Source: Candidatus Omnitrophota bacterium (GTDB lineage: Bacteria > Omnitrophota > Gorgyraeia > Zapsychrales > Zapsychraceae). Taken from it: DNA of 62,933 nucleotides. The notes under the pieces were generated by a model. It was not told the DNA's origin. It saw nothing but the letters and a program-made list of their open reading frames with translations, and ran no database searches. Within the stretch, counting starts at the first letter, position 1. Each line of letters begins with the position of its first letter. The DNA lies in assembly GCA_021108075.1 (NCBI GenBank), contig JAIORP010000115.1, positions 1 through 62,933 of the forward strand. The letters are read 5' to 3'. Below, piece by piece: positions 1-6,948 of this stretch. Made by a program: the position numbers and the translations under genes.

Positions 1-53
1 CTTAATTCTGAAAAGCAGAATTGGTTTTGGTCATTATTTAATGGAATTGGTAT
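1..53 (-). repeat. Truncated copy (short form) of the palindromic intergenic repeat family, cut by the window edge
   Basis: The reverse complement reads ataccaattccattaaataatgaccaaaaccaattctgcttttcagaattaag. This nearly matches the first 53 nt of the copies starting at 3561 and 62874. Confidence 0.85.
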
Positions 54-193
54 TAAAAGAAGTTTTTCGTCGTGTGCCGGAACAGTGAATGACTCCGGGA
101 GCAACTAAATTATTTTATCATTATGGGTTTTTAAAATAACAGCTTTGAATAATTCTAAAAAGCTGTATTTTTATTTGATAGAAAGGAAAACAT

Positions 194-850
194 ATGCCAT
201 TAGCAGAGTCAACAATAGATGTTAATCTTAGAAATAATGACAGCAACGTGATTCATGACATGTTGCGGGAACGGGCCCTGGAGTTTTCGAAAACATTTAA
301 AACGTCGTGGGTTGAATTAGGACAAACATTATTTGCCATTTATCAGGACAAGCATTTTAAGGCCTGGGGCTATGAGAAGTTCGAACATTATACGGAAAAA
401 GAAGTGGGATTAACAAAACAACTGTGCCTGAAATTGTTAAAGACCTATTCTTTCTTAGAACAAGATGAACCCTCGTATCTGAAAGACCACTTTGCTCTCG
501 ACCGGGATGCCTACAAAGTTCCAGGGTATGAAGAAATCAATTTGTTGCGTTTAGCGAAGAGAAAGAAAGAAGTCCTTAAAGACGATTATCGTAAAATGAA
601 GAGTGATATTTTTGAACGCGGTAAAAACGCCAGCATGGTCCGAAAGGACTTAACCACGTTAATGAAGGAAAGAAAGTTTGTTGATCCTGACGAAGAACGG
701 GAGCAACGGAATCGCACGGCGATTAAAAAATGTTTGCAAGCTCTTAGTTTATTCAAGAAAGACATGGATGTTTTAAAGTTGATTCCGAATGAATTAATGC
801 TGGAAGTGAAATTGTTGCGTGATCGGCTGGAAAAACAAATGGATGACTGA
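194..850 (+). CDS. Hypothetical protein, possibly DNA-binding (HTH-like segment)
   Basis: Intact 218-aa ORF with aaagga 7-8 nt upstream of the ATG. The segment ELGQTLFAIYQDKHFKAWGYEKFEHYTEKEVGL resembles ParB/DUF3102-type HTH regions, but only by eye. Confidence 0.5.
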   Translation: MPLAESTIDVNLRNNDSNVIHDMLRERALEFSKTFKTSWVELGQTLFAIYQDKHFKAWGYEKFEHYTEKEVGLTKQLCLKLLKTYSFLEQDEPSYLKDHFALDRDAYKVPGYEEINLLRLAKRKKEVLKDDYRKMKSDIFERGKNASMVRKDLTTLMKERKFVDPDEEREQRNRTAIKKCLQALSLFKKDMDVLKLIPNELMLEVKLLRDRLEKQMDD

Positions 851-897
851 ACGATTAGGCCCTTGACACGCGAGACCTCAAAAGATATGTTTAATGG

Positions 898-1019
898 AGT
901 GAATTCCTCTTAGCTCTGCTCCGAGGTTACCGCCTGAGGAAGAGTTTGAGAAACCTTTGGTTTCTCAAATACAGCGTTCCTCTAAGATGGCTCGTAGCTC
1001 TGCTGCGAGGAGATTCACT
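898..1019 (+). repeat. Nested hairpin element (AGTGAAT...ATTCACT family), long version
   Basis: Outer arms agtgaattcctc / gaggagattcact. Inner hairpin tttgagaaacc-ttt-ggtttctcaaa. The unit tagctctgct[c/g]cgagg occurs twice here and once at 3528-3545. Confidence 0.7.
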
Positions 1020-1020
1020 A

Positions 1021-2715
1021 ATGATGGATATGAATCGTAGAAGATACAGCCCTGTTATTAACATTGTCCTGCTTGTTTTAATTTTTTTTGGAGTCTTTTT
1101 CCGGTTCCTGAATATAACAAGGAATCAATTCGTCTATTATGATGAGGGTTTATATTTAACGCATAATTTGACCTTTTTAAGAGCGGTCGAACAAAACCCT
1201 CCCGTCAATTTTTCTCAATTGTTGACGTTTTTTAATGTCTCCTTTCATCTTGCTCTCCGGGAACCAAAGACATTATGGTTTTTTTTATGTTATCTTCGAA
1301 CGATTCTTGTCGGCGTGAACGCTTGGTATTATACGCGTCTCTTGTCGGCAATTTTTGGGTCCTTAACACTTTTCGTTCTTTTCTTCTTTACAAAGAGAAT
1401 GTACAGGTCAAATTTCATTGCGTTGTTGAGTGTTGCCCTGCTGGCTTTTTTACCCAGTCATTTGTACTATTCCCGTCTGGGTATGCAAGAGGCCTTAAGC
1501 ACGTTCCTTTTCTTGACGGGCATGTATTTTTATTTTTTTCCCGACCGCTTGAGATTAAAATCCATGCTGTCCGGTCTCTTTTTTGCGGGAGTTTATTTTA
1601 CCAATTATCGTATGATTATTCTTCCCGTCATTCTCCTTTATGTCGAGACTCTCTTATATGTTAGCCGGGCAAAACGGTGGGATTATAAACGGTATTTAGC
1701 TTTTTTAATCCCTTTTGGGTTATTAATCGCGGCAATTGGCTTGATGGACAATAAAGCTAATTTTCGTATATCCTTTGCCTGGATGTCCAGACAGGCCCAG
1801 CTCACCGGTGGCAAGTTTCAGTTCATAAACCTTTTCTCCTACCCTTATTATTTGTTTCGACTGGAAAGTATGATATTCGCGTTGTTTTTCTTTATGAATT
1901 TTTGGATATTGTACCGCATTCTTAAAGAGAGTTGGACAGGTCAAACCGTTCATCTGCAATGGAAAAAAATTTTGACTCATCCTAATTGGAAAAGTATACT
2001 GCCCTTCATGGTCGTTATATTGTTTATGGGAATATTTTCTTTGCCCCAGGAGAAGGGGGTCAGATATCTATGTGTCGTTATGCCCTTTATGGCCATGGCG
2101 GTTGCATTGGTCATTGAAAGAGTCCTCAACGCAAAAGTGAAATACCCATTATGGATTCTTTTTTTCATCGTGATGATGTTTGTGCAGATGTTCATTAAGG
2201 GGTTTCATCTGGTCTATGCCAGGACGGATTACGCCCGGGTGATCCAGTTCCTGAAGAAAAAAGATCCAGCAATGAAAATTTTAGGATCGCAATATAAGAT
2301 TTATCGGCTGTATGTTAAAGACGCCAAGGATATCCAGGAAACACCCCGGCTTTTATCTTCACTGGTGCGATATTACCAGCAGGGATATGGTTATCTCATT
2401 GTTGATCCCCAAACGTATATTTCTTATACAAAAACAAAAGAAAGATTTACCCCTGAATTGACCGATTATTTAGGATATTTAGAGCAGCATGTCCCGTCTT
2501 TTCATGTTTATCCTCATTTTTCTTCAGCCTTGTTTGAACGGTTTGTTTTAGAGCATAACGAAAATTTGGTTCAATCATTACGGTTTATCCGTGCAAATAT
2601 TAACAACCGTTATGGCATGATCAAGGTGTATGACATTAAATTCAGTATTTATTTGATCCAGCGGCGTTTAAAGGAGGCGCAAGCCTTATCGCAAAATAAA
2701 GCCACCGGTCCTTGA
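1021..2715 (+). CDS. Polytopic membrane GT-C-fold glycosyltransferase (ArnT/PMT/GT39-83-like)
   Basis: More than 10 hydrophobic helices and a YYDEGLY motif in the first loop, with a soluble C-terminal domain. The start was moved from the TTG at 946 (inside the hairpin repeat) to the ATG at 1021, which has gaggag 8 nt upstream. Confidence 0.55.
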   Translation: MMDMNRRRYSPVINIVLLVLIFFGVFFRFLNITRNQFVYYDEGLYLTHNLTFLRAVEQNPPVNFSQLLTFFNVSFHLALREPKTLWFFLCYLRTILVGVNAWYYTRLLSAIFGSLTLFVLFFFTKRMYRSNFIALLSVALLAFLPSHLYYSRLGMQEALSTFLFLTGMYFYFFPDRLRLKSMLSGLFFAGVYFTNYRMIILPVILLYVETLLYVSRAKRWDYKRYLAFLIPFGLLIAAIGLMDNKANFRISFAWMSRQAQLTGGKFQFINLFSYPYYLFRLESMIFALFFFMNFWILYRILKESWTGQTVHLQWKKILTHPNWKSILPFMVVILFMGIFSLPQEKGVRYLCVVMPFMAMAVALVIERVLNAKVKYPLWILFFIVMMFVQMFIKGFHLVYARTDYARVIQFLKKKDPAMKILGSQYKIYRLYVKDAKDIQETPRLLSSLVRYYQQGYGYLIVDPQTYISYTKTKERFTPELTDYLGYLEQHVPSFHVYPHFSSALFERFVLEHNENLVQSLRFIRANINNRYGMIKVYDIKFSIYLIQRRLKEAQALSQNKATGP

Positions 2716-2736
2716 TGCGGGGGAGTGACGTTTTTG

Positions 2737-2765
2737 TTGACAACCACACAAATGTGTAGTATAAA
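2737..2765 (+). promoter_or_regulatory. Sigma-70-type promoter of lexA (TTGACA-17-TATAAA)
   Basis: ttgaca at 2737-2742, a hand-counted 17-nt spacer, and tataaa at 2760-2765. Only 6 nt separate the -10 box from the ATG at 2772. Confidence 0.65.
2746..2757. promoter_or_regulatory. Candidate LexA operator, palindrome ACACA-N2-TGTGT inside the promoter spacer
   Basis: acacaaatgtgt is a perfect 5+5 inverted repeat placed between the -35 and -10 boxes of the lexA promoter. Confidence 0.4.
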
Positions 2766-2771
2766 GGGTCT

Positions 2772-3371
2772 ATGCCAATCAATAAATTAACCTCAAAACA
2801 GAAGGCTGTCCTTAAATACATTTATGATTCAATCAGATATCATAAATTGCCTCCCACGGTTAGGGAAATAGCGCAACACTTTAAGTTCAAATCAACCGGC
2901 ACTGTCAGGGATTATTTGAAAATCCTTGTGCGCGAGGGAGTTATACGAATAACAGCCAATAAATCCCGCGCCATTGAACTCGTGTACGAAAACCTTTTTG
3001 CGATCCCCATTCTCGGGCGTGTTCAGGCAGGCCTGCCCACATTGGCGGTAGAAGAAATTGAAGATTATTTAAATATGGATAGTCTGATTTTTTCAGAAAC
3101 AGATACATTTGCCTTACGCATCAAAGGAGAGAGCATGATTAATGCTGGTATTTTCTCGGGAGACCTTGTCCTGGTTCAAAAACAGAATATTGCCCAAACA
3201 GATGAGATTGTGGTCGCGGTCATTGGAGAGGAAGCGACGGTCAAACGCTTAAAGAAGAAGGGGGCGCGTTATTTCCTGGAGCCGGCTAATCCGCATTACC
3301 AAGACATTATCGTTGATGAACAGGTTAATATCATCGGTAAGGTCATTAGTGTCATTCGACGCTTTCATTGA
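2772..3371 (+). CDS. lexA: LexA repressor (S24 peptidase)
   Basis: N-terminal winged HTH (TVREIAQHFKFKSTGTVRDYL), an Ala-Gly cleavage site (VQAGLP), the catalytic Ser in GESM and the catalytic Lys in VKRLKK. Confidence 0.93.
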   Translation: MPINKLTSKQKAVLKYIYDSIRYHKLPPTVREIAQHFKFKSTGTVRDYLKILVREGVIRITANKSRAIELVYENLFAIPILGRVQAGLPTLAVEEIEDYLNMDSLIFSETDTFALRIKGESMINAGIFSGDLVLVQKQNIAQTDEIVVAVIGEEATVKRLKKKGARYFLEPANPHYQDIIVDEQVNIIGKVISVIRRFH

Positions 3372-3448
3372 TACCCTGTATTTTTGCGTCTTTTTTCGAT
3401 TCTCGCCATTTTTTCCTAATTAAATTCATATTTATACTAATACTAAAA

Positions 3449-3477
3449 TTGACAATCACTCATTAATATTTTATTAT
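3449..3477 (+). promoter_or_regulatory. Sigma-70-type promoter (TTGACA-17-TATTAT) reading into the hairpin and repeat elements
   Basis: ttgaca at 3449-3454, a 17-nt spacer, and tattat at 3472-3477. Confidence 0.5.
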
Positions 3478-3514
3478 TGAATATTGTATAGTGACACCAT
3501 CCAGAATTTAATGG

Positions 3515-3552
3515 AGTGAATCCCTCTGAGCTCTGCTGCGAGGAGATTCACT
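3515..3552 (+). repeat. Hairpin element (AGTGAAT...ATTCACT family), short version
   Basis: agtgaatccctc-tgagctctgctgc-gaggagattcact. It shares taatggagtgaat and gctctgctgcgaggagattcact with 891-1019. Confidence 0.7.
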
Positions 3553-3560
3553 GGCTGATA

Positions 3561-3642
3561 ATACCAATTCCATTAAATAATGACCAAAACCAATTCTGTT
3601 TTTCAGAATTAAGATAGAACAATTTATTAATGGATTTGGTGT
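3561..3642 (+). repeat. Palindromic intergenic repeat, 82-nt short form
   Basis: ataccaattccattaaataatgaccaaaaccaattctgtttttcagaattaagatagaacaatttattaatggatttggtgt. It lacks the apical hairpin present in the long copies. Confidence 0.85.
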
Positions 3643-3679
3643 AACCGTCCATTTTCACAAGAACAGGAAATCGGGTCTT

Positions 3680-5035
3680 ATGGGTATGTTTTTAAAAAGA
3701 ATTGTTGAATTTCTGAGTAACTCCTTTGAGGTGATTCTATCTATTAATTTTTTTGTTGTATTTTTTTATGTTTTCGCAATTTTTACTTTTCGATTGTTTT
3801 TTTCCTCTAAAAAAGATATTCGAAAAGTGATCAATAATTTGCTGTATGAATTGGTCTGTGTTGGCCAGGTTATTATGATCTTGACCTATGGCTATGTTTA
3901 TTGGATCAATTATCAGATACCATTAGATCCTTTTATTTTTCCAGACGATGTTCAGGTCAATACGACATGGGTCAGACAACATTTGACGCTGTATTTTGTC
4001 ATTGATGATACTTTTTGCTCGATCGATGTCGATGGCGCCAATCGGAAAGATTTTTTTAAAGCGGAGAGCGCTATCCGTGAGTATCATATGTCGCGGGATG
4101 GGAAGCATATCTTAGTGTCCACTAAAACACATCTTTATTTACTGAACCGCCAGACGTTGAAGGTTGATTTGATTGATCAAGCGATTGTTTCTTTGCCAAA
4201 ATCGGAAGACAAGGATAAGCCAGCGTCCAGTGAAGCGCTTTCTTCACGGGAGCGGGCGACAATGTCTCCAGGAAATGAAGAAGAATCGACCCGGCTGAAG
4301 GCGGTAATCAGTGGCATCCGTTGGTCTCCGACAAGCCGTCATTTTTCTTATGAAGTTAGCCGTTGGTCAAAGTATTCTGGCCAGAGCACTTTTTATATTT
4401 ATCAGATGGAACAACGTCAAAAGAAGCCTGTTAAGACGGGCTCTCACCGATTGACGTCCTTAAGATGGGATGATCAAGGGCAGAATTTATATTATCTGGA
4501 CCATGAAGTAAAGAATATGGCCCGTTATGCGTATCCGTATGAGCTGAAAGTGTATCAATTGCCGTTAGACACATTAAAGCCGAACATCATCACGCGTATT
4601 CCATCAGAGAAAAACGAATTGCCCATTGAGAGTCTGGGCTTGCGGGATATTGATTTGTATCTGGAGGGAGATAAATTGGTTTTTAAAAGACAGGATGTCC
4701 GAAATTATTTTAAGGACGACACCGGTCCGGCATTAGGCATTGATGATAAGGATTATTTGTACTTAAAATCGCATAGATGGTTTCGAAAAAGATTAATGAG
4801 AATTCCCCGTCGACCGGATCCCCTGGAATTGAAACGGCACCAATTTAAGGGCGGCCGTCTGATGGTCACCAATATCAGGTGGCTGCCGGAAGGGAAATAT
4901 ATCATTGCTCAGCACCAATATCTTGGAACCCTGATTATTAACCCATGGTTCATGTCTGTTGGTCAATTATCAGCTGAAGGAGGCGCCATCTTCGGTTGGT
5001 ATTATCCTGTCACGCTCTCCTCATCAGTGAATTGA
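3680..5035 (+). CDS. Hypothetical membrane-anchored protein with a large extracytoplasmic domain (beta-propeller-like by eye)
   Basis: Two N-terminal hydrophobic helices followed by about 370 aa of soluble sequence with repeated W/Y-rich strands (IRWSPTSRHFSYEVSRW, LRWDDQGQNLYYLD). Confidence 0.5.
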   Translation: MGMFLKRIVEFLSNSFEVILSINFFVVFFYVFAIFTFRLFFSSKKDIRKVINNLLYELVCVGQVIMILTYGYVYWINYQIPLDPFIFPDDVQVNTTWVRQHLTLYFVIDDTFCSIDVDGANRKDFFKAESAIREYHMSRDGKHILVSTKTHLYLLNRQTLKVDLIDQAIVSLPKSEDKDKPASSEALSSRERATMSPGNEEESTRLKAVISGIRWSPTSRHFSYEVSRWSKYSGQSTFYIYQMEQRQKKPVKTGSHRLTSLRWDDQGQNLYYLDHEVKNMARYAYPYELKVYQLPLDTLKPNIITRIPSEKNELPIESLGLRDIDLYLEGDKLVFKRQDVRNYFKDDTGPALGIDDKDYLYLKSHRWFRKRLMRIPRRPDPLELKRHQFKGGRLMVTNIRWLPEGKYIIAQHQYLGTLIINPWFMSVGQLSAEGGAIFGWYYPVTLSSSVN

Positions 5036-5182
5036 AGGCCTATCCGGTTTAGCCTGAATGGATATATTTTCTGTGTTTCATATACGGTCTGTTTTTATTT
5101 TTTTTTAATTGCGCAAACTCTGCCGCCGACTATAATAAAAGAAATATAAATAAACAATATCGAGTCTGAGGTCTATTGTAAA

Positions 5183-5941
5183 ATGAGTAAAATATCAAAA
5201 GCCCTAGAGAAACTTGAGCAAGACCGGCGGACACAAAAAGAAGATATTTCCTCGATTCGTGCCCGAAGCTATGGTAATGCGTTAAGGTATACACGCAAAG
5301 GCAGTCTGAAAAATTCTTGGCTTATTTCATTCTTTATTGTCGGTGTGATTGCTATCGTTTACATGGCTTTTCGGCATCAAGCTGATAATAAAATCCCCTT
5401 CAGTGAAATTTTTCCGGAGGAAGATAAATATCCCGTTGATATTGAATATGAATTTGTCGATGCCCCTGTGGTAACCCTGCCAACGGAAGCAACGGGGTCG
5501 AGCTTAGAGTCCGTTGCTGTGGATCAACAGCATAAGCAAGTAACGCCAACCGGGACAATGGTGGAGCAAGTAGTGCCACCGGCCACGATCGCGAAAACCG
5601 TAGAACCACCGCAAGACGTTCAGCAAGTCGCGTCAGCTAAAGCCGAACAAGAAATAAAACAGGAGCAAGTCTCATTACCGGATATCCTGAATCAGTCACC
5701 GCAGGTTTACGCCATCCAGATCGCTTCTTTTAAGAAAATAGAAAGAGCTAAAGAATTATTGAGAGAATTGATTCAGAAAGATTATGACGCCTATGTCGTG
5801 CAAAAAGACCTGGGGTCTAAAGGTGTTTGGTACAGAATTTATGTCGGAAAGTTTCAGACTAAAGACTCGGCTGATCAAGCGTTGACGGATGTGAAAAAAA
5901 ATTATAAGAGCAGTTTTGTAATCGCTCCAAAAAAGAAATGA
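5183..5941 (+). CDS. SPOR domain-containing protein (single TM)
   Basis: The C-terminal VYAIQIASFKKIERAKELLRELIQKDYDAYVVQKDLGSKGVWYRIYVGKFQTKDSADQAL is a typical SPOR fold signature. There is a TM helix at about aa 45-65. Confidence 0.8.
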   Translation: MSKISKALEKLEQDRRTQKEDISSIRARSYGNALRYTRKGSLKNSWLISFFIVGVIAIVYMAFRHQADNKIPFSEIFPEEDKYPVDIEYEFVDAPVVTLPTEATGSSLESVAVDQQHKQVTPTGTMVEQVVPPATIAKTVEPPQDVQQVASAKAEQEIKQEQVSLPDILNQSPQVYAIQIASFKKIERAKELLRELIQKDYDAYVVQKDLGSKGVWYRIYVGKFQTKDSADQALTDVKKNYKSSFVIAPKKK

Positions 5942-6091
5942 TACCATTTTATTTTTTTTAAAGGCCTTTTAATTCATTCTTAAGCGTTAATTTTTTTTGA
6001 GTCGGCAGAATTTTTTATCAAAAGACATCTTTTTTGCGGTCATAATCGGGTCTTAAGGTCAAGGATCCGCCTTTCGTCTATTCATGGAACA

Positions 6092-6195
6092 ATACCCATT
6101 CCATTAAATAATTGCCAAAACCGATTCTGCTTTTCTCGACGCTAAGGCGAGAAAAGCAGAATTGAAATAGAACAATTCATCAATGGATTTGGTAT
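6092..6195 (+). repeat. Palindromic intergenic repeat, 104-nt long form
   Basis: Outer arms atacccattccattaa / tcaatggatttggtat. Perfect apical stem attctgcttttctcg (6124-6138) / cgagaaaagcagaat (6148-6162). Confidence 0.9.
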
Positions 6196-6339
6196 AATCC
6201 TGCTCAATATTAGAATACGTTATTTATTCTTATTGAATGAATGGTTTCGTCGTTATTATGTGATGTTTATTGTTTTAGGAAGGAGCCACTTGCCGTGGCG
6301 CAAGTTTAATTAACAATTCGATATATGAAGGGGATGAAG

Positions 6340-6948
6340 ATGAAAAAAATATTGAGGACAATGATTTATTTGTGTTTGATTTCTACCTTTTTAACAGGTT
6401 GCGCGACCACAAAAGTCGAACGTGTCGATGTTAGTGAGAGAGTCGACATTAGCGGGAAATGGAATGATTATGATTCTTTTCTAACCTCGAAAGAAATGAT
6501 TGATGATTGCGTCGGCAGTCCCTGGTGGAAGCTGTTTTATAAAAAGAATTTGAGGAATCCGATCATCATTGTTGGTCATGTTCTCAACAAGACGCATGAA
6601 CATATTAAGTCTGATGTTTTTGTGAAATATTTAGAAAGATCGTTATTGAACACGGGAGAAGTGGATATTGTTGCTTCTGCTGAAGAACGGATGCAAGTTC
6701 GAAGAGAACGTTCCGAACAGCAAGAAGGGTTTACCGATCCGGAAACAATAAAGCAAATGGGCAAAGAACAGGGCGCGGATTTCATGTTGATCGGGAGCGT
6801 CCATACGATTAAAGATGAAGCTAAGGGTAAATATGTCATTTTGTATCAGGTTAATTTAGAATTAGTCGATCTGGAAACAAATAAGAAAGTTTGGATCGGA
6901 ACAAAACAGATAAAAAAGATTGTTAAGAATGCCCGGTATTCGTTATAA
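6340..6948 (+). CDS. LpoB/YcfM-like lipoprotein (penicillin-binding protein activator family)
   Basis: Lipobox LTGC after MKKILRTMIYLCLISTF. Family-like core ISGKWND...IIIVGHVLNKT...GADFMLIGSVHTI...YQVNLELVDLETNKKVW. ATGs at 6325 and 6334 are alternative starts. Confidence 0.7.
   Translation: MKKILRTMIYLCLISTFLTGCATTKVERVDVSERVDISGKWNDYDSFLTSKEMIDDCVGSPWWKLFYKKNLRNPIIIVGHVLNKTHEHIKSDVFVKYLERSLLNTGEVDIVASAEERMQVRRERSEQQEGFTDPETIKQMGKEQGADFMLIGSVHTIKDEAKGKYVILYQVNLELVDLETNKKVWIGTKQIKKIVKNARYSL

Noticed and set aside
1275-1664. A 129-aa + strand ORF in an alternate frame of the glycosyltransferase gene, and - strand ORFs at 1723-2195.
   Set aside because: They are fully embedded in a 565-aa membrane-protein ORF that has a coherent helix pattern. 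They have no RBS and no recognisable motifs.
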